The translations under genes were made by a program, and so were the position numbers. From IMG/VR virus record IMGVR_UViG_3300020578_000006, positions 165,718 to 229,717 of that record: 64,000 bases of DNA, one strand, 5' to 3'. How positions within the stretch are numbered: the stretch's first letter is position 1; each line of letters begins with the position of its first letter. The notes beneath the pieces were generated by a model. That model worked only from the letters and a program-made list of their open reading frames with translations. It was not told where the DNA came from and made no database searches. Positions 47,839 through 57,055 of the stretch are shown one piece after another.

Positions 47839-48003
47839 TCAACCTCTTTTTGAACCAAAATCAGAACGCCTGGCCCTGTAAGCCGGTTTTTGTCGAGTAC
47901 CTTTGGGTATAATAGGTTTAATCGTTCTATCGCGAAATTGCTTCGCAAGAGCTTTGTTTGACGAGTTACTGTTGTTTCTGTTATAACCAATTATTTTTGC
48001 CAT
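47839..48003 (-). CDS. Small basic protein (54 aa, not in ORF track)
   Basis: MAKIIGYNRNNS...RARRSDFGSKRG, open ATG to TGA. Confidence 0.5.
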   Translation of the reverse strand: MAKIIGYNRNNSNSSNKALAKQFRDRTIKPIIPKGTRQKPAYRARRSDFGSKRG

Positions 48004-48031
48004 ACATTTATTATGAAGGAAAATATTTTAT

Positions 48032-48772
48032 ATGCAACTTGTTATTGTTTTTTTTATAAATCTATGTAATTATAATATGTTCAAACCCCAAGTAACATTT
48101 ACTACGCAGTGTTACCAGAAAGATTATTTAAATGTTCTAGCCAAAGACAGACTATTGCACATTAACAACATTTTAAACTCTAGAATGGATATTATTATTA
48201 ATAAGTGTGAAGAATACGAAATTATAAAATTATTTTGCTCTAATCTTCAAAAAGAAAATTTAATAAATAATTACTTCTGTGTTAATGAAGAAGAAAAAAA
48301 TATTTTAAGCACTTTTAATTTAACACAAAAAAACTTTTCAAATAATCTACATTATAATATTTGTTTGTACGGGATGGCAGCGCTTTATTTTTGTAAGACA
48401 GATTATATTTGCTTCTTTACTGGGGATAGTACACCGTTGTATGTGGGAAATTTTGTAAAAGATAGTATAGAGCATGACAAAAATTCCAGTATTCCTCATA
48501 CATACATGTTAAGATGGTGCAATACAGATGGGGTAAAGCGTGAGTCATTTAAAGAAGATGAAAAGTTTTTTTACACAAAGCTATTCTCTGATCAAAATTT
48601 TTTAATTAACACAAAGCATTTTAACTATAAAGAACTTTTACAAAATTATAAACAACCATCACTATTTCCTCACATAGATGCATTTGAAGCAAGATTTTTT
48701 GATTACATGAGATTACACAATATTGATAGATGTGTTTATAAAAACGGGAAATACTTACACAGAAACTATTAA
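48032..48772 (+). CDS. Hypothetical, possibly degenerate GT-A protein
   Basis: CKTDYICFFTGD; probable start MFKPQ. Confidence 0.4.
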   Translation: MQLVIVFFINLCNYNMFKPQVTFTTQCYQKDYLNVLAKDRLLHINNILNSRMDIIINKCEEYEIIKLFCSNLQKENLINNYFCVNEEEKNILSTFNLTQKNFSNNLHYNICLYGMAALYFCKTDYICFFTGDSTPLYVGNFVKDSIEHDKNSSIPHTYMLRWCNTDGVKRESFKEDEKFFYTKLFSDQNFLINTKHFNYKELLQNYKQPSLFPHIDAFEARFFDYMRLHNIDRCVYKNGKYLHRNY

Positions 48773-48954
48773 CAGTGATAGTTTAAATAGCGTTGTGCGG
48801 CTTTTGCAGTATGACTACCCTTATTCTTTTGTCTGGATTTGATTCCTCTGGCCTTAGAACATGTAAGCTTGCCTTTGGTTTGACGCTTTAATATACCAGG
48901 TCTAACGGGATCGTGTATACTCTTTTCCAAGATAAACTCTTTAAATGATTTCAC
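48769..48954 (-). CDS. Small basic protein with capsid-targeting-like N-terminus
   Basis: TATAAATA-5-GTG; MKSFKEFILE. Confidence 0.65.
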   Translation of the reverse strand: MKSFKEFILEKSIHDPVRPGILKRQTKGKLTCSKARGIKSRQKNKGSHTAKAAQRYLNYHC

Positions 48955-49164
48955 ATAAATATTTATATGTTGAGCAGTAAACCAGGCATAATAGCTTATT
49001 ATATTATAATAACTACATTGGCTGGTTTAATATATCTGACTACAAAGAGTTGGTTGTGATTGATTATATAATTGGGTTTACGCTGGGAATGATCATAAAT
49101 GGCATTATTATACTATTGTGTATTAAGATGTTCAGAGATATAGATAAACATTCATAAATACATT

Positions 49165-49380
49165 GTGGCCAAGAAAAAGAAAAAATTAAAGAAAGTAAAT
49201 AGACTCACAATTAAAGAATGTGAGGCAATACTTTCTCGGTTAGATAGAGATAAAGAATCTCAGTATTATAACCATGTTTTAAACCATTATAGAGGGTTAT
49301 TGCCAGATATGAGAAGTGCAGTTGCATTAGGCAAAATAAGTGTTGAGCAAGGCAAAACAGCTCCACACATAACTAAATAA
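49165..49380 (+). CDS. Small late protein
   Basis: TAAATA-4-GTG. Confidence 0.5.
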   Translation: MAKKKKKLKKVNRLTIKECEAILSRLDRDKESQYYNHVLNHYRGLLPDMRSAVALGKISVEQGKTAPHITK

Positions 49381-49384
49381 TATA

Positions 49385-49765
49385 GTGAACAACGATTCTC
49401 GTCTATTATCAGAGGCCTATAAGACAATAGTTGAGCAAAACCCTCAATTGGGTCAGTTTAGACAGGATGTACCGACTTATAATATACAACAAATGTCACA
49501 GGCTTTTGGTTTAAATCCGGATCAAGAAAAAGCTGTTAAAAATTTGTTACAAGCTTTTAATATTAATCCTGACAACCCTCAGGCTAGTCAGCGTGCTATT
49601 ATTGGAATGATAATAAATGGTTTAGCTAGACTCGCACAAACCGCTGTAAATCAGCCTGTGCAGCAAGCCCAGCCACAACAGACTTCTGCACAAATAGCCC
49701 CGGTGGGTGGTCAACCACAAAGCGCCCCAGTTAGCGCAGGGTTTAGGACCATCACCCCGGAATAA
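49385..49765 (+). CDS. Late protein, MNxDxxL family, Gln-rich
   Basis: TAAATA-5-GTG; MNNDSRLLSEAY. Confidence 0.6.
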   Translation: MNNDSRLLSEAYKTIVEQNPQLGQFRQDVPTYNIQQMSQAFGLNPDQEKAVKNLLQAFNINPDNPQASQRAIIGMIINGLARLAQTAVNQPVQQAQPQQTSAQIAPVGGQPQSAPVSAGFRTITPE

Positions 49766-49965
49766 TAGATCTTAATAACCAGCAGCTAATAAACCCCGTT
49801 ATATAACCAATTATAACAAGAGCAGTTCCTACTGCACAATCATTCATAAACCACTTGGTTAACCAGTATAACCGTGACTTCATTTAGTATATAGTCGGGC
49901 CCCCATACCCTTTAAACCGAAGGTTTCGGTTCCGTAAAAAAATTTTTAATTATATAAATAATACA

Positions 49966-50724
49966 GTGAATGCGGATAGTCATTTGATATTTGAAGCCTT
50001 TAAGAACAGGGTTGTTAAGAAGAATGATGATGAAGAGGGTGATCTAATGACCCATATGAAAGAAAAGGGTATGATACCAAAGGATGCACGTGTAACTCTA
50101 CCAGCACACAAGACTGAGGAAGAAGAAAAAGATTCATTTGATATGCACGTTGATCAATTAAAGAATACTTCCACAGAAGAATTAATTGAAGATTTGAAGG
50201 ATTTGTACCGCATTGTTGCTGATGAAAAAAATGTGGGTGATTATTCTTATGATAGTGCAAATTTGGATATTGAAATAATTCATGATATCTTGAAAAGCAG
50301 AGGAATGGATTATCAAAAAGACTTGGCTCCTATTTGGAATAAGATTGATAGTGAAGTGAATGGAAGTGAAGAAAATGCAGAACAAAGACTTGACCCCAAG
50401 TGTTGGAAAGGCTATCATAAACAAGGCACCAAAATGAAAGGTGGTGTAAGAGTAAACAATTGTGTTAAGAGTGAGAATGCAGAAGACATGTCCAAAAGTC
50501 CTTTTCATTATGATCCCAGTCATGGTTTAATGCAGGCGGCCAATCAAATCAATGATATATTGAAGAGCTCCTATAATGATGAAGCTACGCCTGAACACAT
50601 TGAAAAAATGGCATTAAGAATAGTGGGGCCTCAGTCTGAATATGGAGATTATCATGAATTTAATTTAGCATTGCGCGGGGTAAAGGCGTTGTTGTATAGG
50701 TATGTTGCAGTACAGATGAATTAA
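49966..50724 (+). CDS. Late protein, MNxDxxL family
   Basis: TATAAATA-5-GTG; MNADSHLIFEAF; CWKGY...GG..VNNCVK motif. Confidence 0.65.
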   Translation: MNADSHLIFEAFKNRVVKKNDDEEGDLMTHMKEKGMIPKDARVTLPAHKTEEEEKDSFDMHVDQLKNTSTEELIEDLKDLYRIVADEKNVGDYSYDSANLDIEIIHDILKSRGMDYQKDLAPIWNKIDSEVNGSEENAEQRLDPKCWKGYHKQGTKMKGGVRVNNCVKSENAEDMSKSPFHYDPSHGLMQAANQINDILKSSYNDEATPEHIEKMALRIVGPQSEYGDYHEFNLALRGVKALLYRYVAVQMN

Positions 50725-50732
50725 ATAACAGT

Positions 50733-51116
50733 ATGAATAGAGACAGTCATCTTATTATGGAGGCCTATTTAACTGTAAGAGAACAAGCAACCACACCTCC
50801 AACTACAACAGTTCAAACACCGGCTGCGGCCCCTCAAAGCACAAATTTACAGGCCGAAACATTGTTGCAAAAGATTACCGAATTAGCTAGAATTCCTTAT
50901 AAAAATAGCATGAAGCTTGTTCAGATATTAAATGGTATGAGAAATCAGCCGGCTCAACCGGGGGCTTCCACCACACCAGTTCGAGTAACTAATAATGTAG
51001 AATTGGATAAAGCAATTGACGATATAATGAAAGTGCTCGGTATTAATTATGGCAATAAAGAGGCTGTGTATAGTGCCATAAGGTCGTTGGTTGATACCTA
51101 CGTTACTACCCCTTAA
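50733..51116 (+). CDS. Late protein, MNxDxxL family
   Basis: TAAATA-5-ATG; MNRDSHLIMEAY. Confidence 0.6.
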   Translation: MNRDSHLIMEAYLTVREQATTPPTTTVQTPAAAPQSTNLQAETLLQKITELARIPYKNSMKLVQILNGMRNQPAQPGASTTPVRVTNNVELDKAIDDIMKVLGINYGNKEAVYSAIRSLVDTYVTTP

Positions 51117-51259
51117 AAAGCCGTTGGCTAAATTCTACAAAAAAATTGCGCAAAAATTTTTGGAGCATGGGGTGTTAGAACACACTTTTGTTTCCATGGT
51201 ATATAGGATTTTCGTACTGTGTTTCTATAGGGGGGTGGCTCTATTAGACTGTTGTGTCT

Positions 51260-51490
51260 CTAGAACTGGCCCTGTTTTAGCTTACCCACCAAGCTCTCTC
51301 TAAGGGGGTGGTATTCTTCTTTGAGGTTGGTTATATTATTGAGCAAGTGTATGAGCATATCCACTCGCAACATCTTTAACCACTCCACCTTGAGTGACAA
51401 GCCCATGCGGGCAAAGATAGTACCACCCACCGCACACAGCAAGGTGTACTCTTCTTCAGTTAACTCTTGGAGTGTCTGGTAGTGTATCAT
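51260..51490 (-). CDS. Early hypothetical protein
   Basis: ORF in minus-strand early array. Confidence 0.45.
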   Translation of the reverse strand: MIHYQTLQELTEEEYTLLCAVGGTIFARMGLSLKVEWLKMLRVDMLIHLLNNITNLKEEYHPLRESLVGKLKQGQF

Positions 51491-51671
51491 TTAGGTACCA
51501 AGGCAGCTTACCCTCATACATACTTACCGAGGGCGTGGTGGTACTCAAGTCACCATACCACTTGTGCTCACCTTGCACATACCTGTCTATCTGCTTGCGC
51601 CTGCCTTCCATGTACTCAGCCAGACTGAGCACTACTACTGAGCAAGTGTCTGCCTCTGCAACCATTACCAA
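51456..51671 (-). CDS. Early hypothetical protein
   Basis: ORF in minus-strand early array. Confidence 0.4.
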   Translation of the reverse strand: MVMVAEADTCSVVVLSLAEYMEGRRKQIDRYVQGEHKWYGDLSTTTPSVSMYEGKLPWYLNDTLPDTPRVN

Positions 51672-51754
51672 TATTGTATGGGGTCAGGCTTTGTAGGTCA
51701 AGCAGATGAACATCAATGCCATGATACCAAGCACAGCCAATACCACACTGGTAC

Positions 51755-52435
51755 TCACTCACTCACTCCTGCAGGCAATATGCCACGTGTCATGACATCA
51801 TACTTGCCCTCAGACACATAAGACTGCAACAAATGCTCCACAATGTTCTTGATGGTATCACCACCTTGGGCTTCGGCCTCACTTGCCAATGACCTGTCAA
51901 TGGCCACAAAGCGTTTGCCACTCTTGTGAATGATGGTGCGTTCACTGGACACTCGGTAGGCATGGAACGGATTCTTGTCATCTTTGAGATGTGTATTCTT
52001 GTACTTCTTAACCAAGTTTTTGCCCTTCTCATCCAGAGAAGTAAGAGCATACCCTTTGTTCTTCAAACGTTCTACCTTGAGTCCAAATGCCTCGGCCCGC
52101 TTCTTGAAGTGCTTGTTGTGGTATTGGTTACTGTTACAGTCTTCAATGCCTTCCACATTATTCTTGTAATGGGCCATCTCATGAATCAGAGTCTCACACA
52201 CATCATCCACATCACGCTTCAAAGTATCAGCAGTGATGTTGATCTCTGGCAATGTCTTCTTGCCATCCTTCCACCGCCCTTGCCAATACCAACCATAGTA
52301 GGACTGCCTACCACGATTGGGGATGAGCGTGAATACAGGAGTGTCTAACTCAGTACCCAACTCTTTATTGAAGAAGTTAAAAGCTTCTACGAGGCGATCG
52401 GTCACCTCACCTGTGATGTTATTACTAGTACTCAT
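51755..52435 (-). CDS. SprT-like zinc metalloprotease
   Basis: TLIHEMAHY, YHNKHFK..AE.FGL. Confidence 0.8.
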   Translation of the reverse strand: MSTSNNITGEVTDRLVEAFNFFNKELGTELDTPVFTLIPNRGRQSYYGWYWQGRWKDGKKTLPEINITADTLKRDVDDVCETLIHEMAHYKNNVEGIEDCNSNQYHNKHFKKRAEAFGLKVERLKNKGYALTSLDEKGKNLVKKYKNTHLKDDKNPFHAYRVSSERTIIHKSGKRFVAIDRSLASEAEAQGGDTIKNIVEHLLQSYVSEGKYDVMTRGILPAGVSE

Positions 52436-52607
52436 TTCTTATTCTCCTTATTATCGGGGACGCTATTACGTTCGTCAAGCATGGCGTCGGCATACTTGTA
52501 CGCTTGGTGCACCACCCACTTGTTAGTGACTCCACTACCATAGGCCTCTTTGATGAGAGCCTGCATGGCTAGGGCGGCGAAGATGTCTCGAAGTTCTGAA
52601 TCATTAC

Positions 52608-52838
52608 TCATGAGACAGGCTCCTTCTTTTTAAAGACCGGGACAGGTCCCAGGCTGAGGTGATTGTAGCCTTCCACCTCTTCGTCCGAGGGGTAGTCAGG
52701 TACTTGTTCCAAGTACTGTTCCAGGCTAACGTTCTCTGTATCCCAGTCTGGGCTGTTCTTAACCATCCAAGCCACCTTTTTACAATCCATCTCACTGGGG
52801 CTAAGTCCTGCATTTGTTCCATCATACGGGTGCTTCAT
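52608..52838 (-). CDS. Early hypothetical protein
   Basis: ORF coupled to 52839..53066. Confidence 0.45.
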   Translation of the reverse strand: MKHPYDGTNAGLSPSEMDCKKVAWMVKNSPDWDTENVSLEQYLEQVPDYPSDEEVEGYNHLSLGPVPVFKKKEPVS

Positions 52839-53066
52839 TTAGATTTTGTAAGGGTAGGTAATCGTATTGAGCTTTTCAACAGTCGAATCAATCACATCAA
52901 TCATCTCATCTTTAGTAAAGATCGGACTGTGAGTTTGATCTTGGTGCAAGTCCACCAACTCAATCATTCGTTTCAGGTTAAGCAAACGGCCAATACAAGT
53001 ACCCACGCTATAAGCGGTGGTCTCTTCATTGGCAGCTGCCACGCTATGTAATGTTGCATTCATCAT
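52839..53066 (-). CDS. Early hypothetical protein
   Basis: Promoter module followed by ATGATG. Confidence 0.55.
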   Translation of the reverse strand: MMNATLHSVAAANEETTAYSVGTCIGRLLNLKRMIELVDLHQDQTHSPIFTKDEMIDVIDSTVEKLNTITYPYKI

Positions 53067-53347
53067 ACTCGTATTATACTGGAAGTTGGGTTAACTGCAA
53101 CTACCAAATGGCCCGCCATATGACATAAGTGACACTGACATATATGGCCAGTGCCACCAAGTTGGCTAACACCATGATGCAGAACTGAATAAGCTTATCC
53201 ATCATGAACCTCCTGTGAAGTATTCATCTTCATATTCTTCCCAGAACTTCTTTAACTCATTCTCTCTCTCTTTGTTATCCAAATACTCTTGTATAACTTG
53301 TTGTTGATCTTCGTTATCCAGACGAGCTATTTTACGAGCAATCCAAC

Positions 53348-53566
53348 TCATATGACTCCCATGCCTTCATACTTGAGCAAAGCATTGTAGAATAACCTCT
53401 GCAAGTCGTTGATAGTATTACACTGATTGATGTGCATGTGCAACCGACGTTTATCTTCGACTCGTATATCAGTCTGATTGATAGCATCCCTAAGCGATCC
53501 CTTAAGCTCGCTTGTTTCTGGTATGTTTAATATGATGTGTTCGAATGCTCGTAGCTTACTAGTCAT
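53348..53566 (-). CDS. Early hypothetical protein
   Basis: ORF in array. Confidence 0.5.
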   Translation of the reverse strand: MTSKLRAFEHIILNIPETSELKGSLRDAINQTDIRVEDKRRLHMHINQCNTINDLQRLFYNALLKYEGMGVI

Positions 53567-53567
53567 G

Positions 53568-53888
53568 TTAGTCTCCTATGTGGTAGCACAATTCTACCTT
53601 AATGTGTTGATCATCAAGCTTTTCCACACCACTCACAGTGGTATAACCACCAAACTTGTTGAAGCGAGCAGGATATAACCTGTTGAGGGCGTTCCACATA
53701 CGGCCCTGATCATATGGCCCATAGAAGGGCACTTTGTAAGCAGAGTGATCATAGTAAGCAGACTGCTGCTCACCACCCAGAGACTCACGCTTGCCCCACT
53801 TGATGCCACCAATGGCAGGCTTGGTCTCAGTACGCCACTCACCAATCATCTGATCGTAAAACTCGTTGGTTACTTCTTTATTCATCAT
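53568..53888 (-). CDS. Early hypothetical protein
   Basis: Promoter module followed by ATGATG. Confidence 0.55.
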   Translation of the reverse strand: MMNKEVTNEFYDQMIGEWRTETKPAIGGIKWGKRESLGGEQQSAYYDHSAYKVPFYGPYDQGRMWNALNRLYPARFNKFGGYTTVSGVEKLDDQHIKVELCYHIGD

Positions 53889-53923
53889 ACCCATAGTATA
53901 TGTGACAGTTGGTTAAACGTCAA

Positions 53924-54127
53924 CTAAAAAGGTCGTTGGTTCAAGTAAGGATGCCACCCATCCAACCGATCTTCAGTCCTCACATCAGCAAAGTCAATGT
54001 ACAATCCCCCATAATACTCATCATCATGTTTGTAGGCCACGTTACAGTCTTTCTGGTAATCGTTTAACTGATTGATACGCTCTGCTAGCTCTCTGTATGT
54101 CATTTGACAGCTCCTTGTGCCAAGCAC
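53924..54127 (-). CDS. Early hypothetical protein
   Basis: MTYRELAERI..L segment; probable later start. Confidence 0.5.
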   Translation of the reverse strand: MLGTRSCQMTYRELAERINQLNDYQKDCNVAYKHDDEYYGGLYIDFADVRTEDRLDGWHPYLNQRPF

Positions 54128-54387
54128 TCTTCAATAGTGGGCTCTTGCCAGTACAAGGTGTTGAAGCCCATGATCCAGACATTCACACCTGGCTTCTTGA
54201 TGCCTCTCATCACCACATCCCCTGCAGGGTGTTGTGCACATGCATCAGTCACAACTTCGATGAATCCTTCTCTGACAGATCCCTGCACATCATATCCCAC
54301 CTTCTTGGCTTCTGTCAAGTAGGGCTTGAGCACTTGGGTGGTCATCAGTTTGGGGAAGAATTTGTGTTTCTGTTGTGTATTCATCAT
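54100..54387 (-). CDS. Early hypothetical protein
   Basis: Promoter module followed by ATGATG. Confidence 0.55.
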   Translation of the reverse strand: MMNTQQKHKFFPKLMTTQVLKPYLTEAKKVGYDVQGSVREGFIEVVTDACAQHPAGDVVMRGIKKPGVNVWIMGFNTLYWQEPTIEECLAQGAVK

Positions 54388-54428
54388 GTCTATATTATGG
54401 CTGAACTGGGGTTTGAGTCAACTACAAT

Positions 54429-54689
54429 TTACTCCGCCCTCACCCACCTAATACCCTTAACTTCATCATCATATCGGGTTTGCACCTCATCCATCATGTT
54501 CTCGGTTTTCACCAACACCACCAACCGCTCCAACTTTGCATCAATATCTTCAATCGTTTTCTTAATAAACTTCCATTTACGGGAATCGATTTTAGCTTCA
54601 TTGCTCACATATTTGAGACCATTCTCCAAGTTCTCAATCATGTAATGGAGATACATACTACGATTATCGCGCTCGGTTTCATTTATCAT
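54429..54689 (-). CDS. Early hypothetical protein
   Basis: Promoter module. Confidence 0.55.
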   Translation of the reverse strand: MINETERDNRSMYLHYMIENLENGLKYVSNEAKIDSRKWKFIKKTIEDIDAKLERLVVLVKTENMMDEVQTRYDDEVKGIRWVRAE

Positions 54690-54724
54690 ACCCATATTAT
54701 GAATGAAATTGAGTTTAGTTCAAC

Positions 54725-55033
54725 TCAAAAATCATCACTATCAACATCATTATTCAACAAATCGTTGATCTTGATAGACTTGATATCGAAGGGTTTAGCG
54801 TTTTTCAGGGCTTCTTTCATTTCCTTTAACCCCTTCTCACTCAATATAACGGTAGAGCTAAAATCTCCCTCTCCATCATTATACAATGTAACTCCTTGAC
54901 TATCAGTATTATAGGAATTGTAATAACCAATCTCCTCTAATACCTTTTCCTCGGTCAAGGAATCCAGCCAGGCCTCTCCACCACACTCCACATCAATCTT
55001 CAACACCGCATATTTTTGTTCTTTTTTCATCAT
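54725..55033 (-). CDS. Early hypothetical protein
   Basis: Promoter module followed by ATGATG. Confidence 0.55.
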   Translation of the reverse strand: MMKKEQKYAVLKIDVECGGEAWLDSLTEEKVLEEIGYYNSYNTDSQGVTLYNDGEGDFSSTVILSEKGLKEMKEALKNAKPFDIKSIKINDLLNNDVDSDDF

Positions 55034-55052
55034 ACTCCTATTATACGGGAAT

Positions 55053-55373
55053 TTACTTTTTCTTCAACTCCAAATTTCTATACTCTTTACTCATTCCCCA
55101 CACATTACCATCTCCATACCAACTCGCACTATCCACCAACTCCCATCCACTATCAATCTTATTAACTTCTTTCAATATATTCCTCCACACCTTCTCAAAC
55201 TTATAACTCCCAAAACTCTTCCACACAATCTTATATCCATTACACAACTCATTATTATATCTATTACAATTATACCGCACCATCTCCTTACCCCTATTAT
55301 CACTAATCTTATTAACCTCTTCAATAAACAACTCTCTAACTTTTTTATTAAACTCTCTATTACTAATTTTCAT
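55053..55373 (-). CDS. Early hypothetical protein, almost C-free coding strand
   Basis: Promoter module; only 2 G on plus strand in 321 nt. Confidence 0.6.
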   Translation of the reverse strand: MKISNREFNKKVRELFIEEVNKISDNRGKEMVRYNCNRYNNELCNGYKIVWKSFGSYKFEKVWRNILKEVNKIDSGWELVDSASWYGDGNVWGMSKEYRNLELKKK

Positions 55374-55408
55374 TTTATTATTATACGGGAAATTTGGATT
55401 TGGTCAAG

Positions 55409-55609
55409 TTAGATTTGGATTGATCCATCCTTTTCAATTTTGTAACAATTACCTGCATCTTCTAGAACTCTTGTATACACCTCTCCTTCAAATATTGAGC
55501 AGATAATTTCTTGACCATCCACTCCTTCAATTATATTACCAACTACTAGTTCGTCTTGTTCTATTTTATTCATACAAATCCACCCAATATATCCATTTAA
55601 CAATTTCAA
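55409..55609 (-). CDS. Early hypothetical protein
   Basis: ORF in array; start uncertain. Confidence 0.4.
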   Translation of the reverse strand: MKLLNGYIGWICMNKIEQDELVVGNIIEGVDGQEIICSIFEGEVYTRVLEDAGNCYKIEKDGSIQI

Positions 55610-55645
55610 TTACTTTATTTAACATACAACTATTCTATTTGAAAT

Positions 55646-55834
55646 TTACTTCTTCTTCAATACAATTACATCATTCTCACAAATACAAATTGTAGGACCA
55701 TTTTTAATTTCTACATTATACAAACTACCATCAAAAACAGCATTAAAAATTGTATCTTTTTTATACAATTCTGTTTTGATATATCCTTTATAGTAACAAT
55801 CCAATTTTGTATCTTTCTTTAATTTAATTAACAT
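55646..55834 (-). CDS. Early hypothetical protein
   Basis: Promoter module. Confidence 0.5.
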   Translation of the reverse strand: MLIKLKKDTKLDCYYKGYIKTELYKKDTIFNAVFDGSLYNVEIKNGPTICICENDVIVLKKK

Positions 55835-55891
55835 ACAACTATTATATCTGAATTTGCATTTTGTTCAATTCAAAAACAATCTATTTTGTTA

Positions 55892-55952
55892 TTGACAGAA
55901 TCTGCATTTCACATATACTATATGTACCACCTTGAATTACGGCAGGAGGGGG
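55892..55952 (+). promoter_or_regulatory. Antisense-oriented promoter element, copy 1
   Basis: TTGACA-16-TATACT then ATATGTACCACCTT..ATTACGGCAGGAGGGGG. Confidence 0.7.
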
Positions 55953-56039
55953 GAGAACTGTACTGCATGTTTTTCTATAAAAACAAGCACTATACATTAC
56001 TTTACTGCTTGTTATTCTGATAATTATTCAAATATACTC

Positions 56040-56276
56040 TTATAATATCCCACTATCAAAAAGGTATTGTCCTCTATTATAATAGGTAGTTAAGTACTCA
56101 CTTCCACTTTTCAGATAGATTTTAGTAGTGATGGAATCATCATCTGTACACCATCCATAATTCATATGGAAGTTCTTGTCCAGAAAGATGCCCTTACCAT
56201 ACACCTTTTTAAGATGTGATGAATGTTTGTCAGCCAATTTGGAGTAGTTCAATTTTATTTGTTCTCCTTCAACCAA
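56040..56276 (-). CDS. Early hypothetical protein
   Basis: ORF in array. Confidence 0.45.
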   Translation of the reverse strand: MVEGEQIKLNYSKLADKHSSHLKKVYGKGIFLDKNFHMNYGWCTDDDSITTKIYLKSGSEYLTTYYNRGQYLFDSGIL

Positions 56277-56548
56277 CTAACTTTATCCAACTTCTTGTTA
56301 GTAAAGTCAATCAACATACTCTCTTCACCCTTATAGATGGTGTGAGTGGGAGTTCTCTGAATGCTATCAAAATTGTCTTTCCAATTGTAGTATTCTCTCT
56401 CTCCATTTGTATATTCATAATAATAACCCTTACTATCTTTACCATCATATTCATCTCCAACTGTAAAGAGAAGAAATTCCTTCTCACTAATCCATTTGGA
56501 TTTTCCATTATACAAGTCAATTGTTAGATACTGTTTGTTTTTCATCAT
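56255..56548 (-). CDS. Early hypothetical protein
   Basis: Promoter module followed by ATGATG. Confidence 0.55.
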   Translation of the reverse strand: MMKNKQYLTIDLYNGKSKWISEKEFLLFTVGDEYDGKDSKGYYYEYTNGEREYYNWKDNFDSIQRTPTHTIYKGEESMLIDFTNKKLDKVSWLKENK

Positions 56549-56579
56549 ACAACTATAATAGCTGAATTTGGATATTGAG

Positions 56580-56810
56580 TCAACTCAAATAAGAGATGTT
56601 TCTAGATTTGATATCATCTAGAATGTCTTGTTTAAAAACTTCTAGAGAAGAATCAATAAGCTCTCTTAATGCTTGCTTCCTTCTGGTAATGGGGTAGTCA
56701 TGCAATAGATCCAACTGATCATCTGCCCACCTCTTTACAAGTTCAGTATAGAAGGAGAGTACATCAGTTTGGTTGTATGGTTTGAATTTATTAATCAGGT
56801 GTGGCATCAT
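56580..56810 (-). CDS. Early protein paralogous to the N-terminal domain of 2846..3730
   Basis: Visible alignment; promoter module. Confidence 0.6.
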   Translation of the reverse strand: MMPHLINKFKPYNQTDVLSFYTELVKRWADDQLDLLHDYPITRRKQALRELIDSSLEVFKQDILDDIKSRNISYLS

Positions 56811-56852
56811 ACTCTTATTGTAGGGGAATGTTGGGTTGAAGTCAACTATAAT

Positions 56853-56904
56853 GTATCAGATATATCAGATGTTTGCATGCAGAGTATCAGATATATCAGA
56901 TGTT
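56853..56904. repeat. Two 21-bp direct repeats GTATCAGATATATCAGATGTT, 31-bp period
   Basis: Exact copies at 56853 and 56884. Confidence 0.85.
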
Positions 56905-57055
56905 AGGTATTAAGAATCTTAACAATCTTATTGAGGGTAATTGTGGGTGAGGGGTCATCTTCCTCTTTTTCTACACCATCCAATTGACCAAACTGTAACA
57001 GATCCTCTAACTCCTCAATAATCTTCTTTCTCTTTTTAGGTGTAAGCTTAATCAT
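56903..57055 (-). CDS. Early hypothetical protein (50 aa, not in ORF track)
   Basis: MIKLTPKKRKKIIEELEDLL...KILNT; overlaps previous stop. Confidence 0.45.
   Translation of the reverse strand: MIKLTPKKRKKIIEELEDLLQFGQLDGVEKEEDDPSPTITLNKIVKILNT

Noticed and set aside
47855-47995. RNase P RNA-like motifs on the minus strand (ACAAAAACCGGCTTAC, ACAGAAA)
   Set aside because: No upstream GAGGAAAGTCC/P4 partner strand, and the segment is a clean 54-aa basic ORF (47839..48003).
51790-54899. Overlapping alternative-frame or antisense ORFs in the ORF track (e.g. 51790, 51926, 52659, 54097, 54480)
   Set aside because: They shadow promoter-linked minus-strand genes and lack promoters or protein-like motifs.
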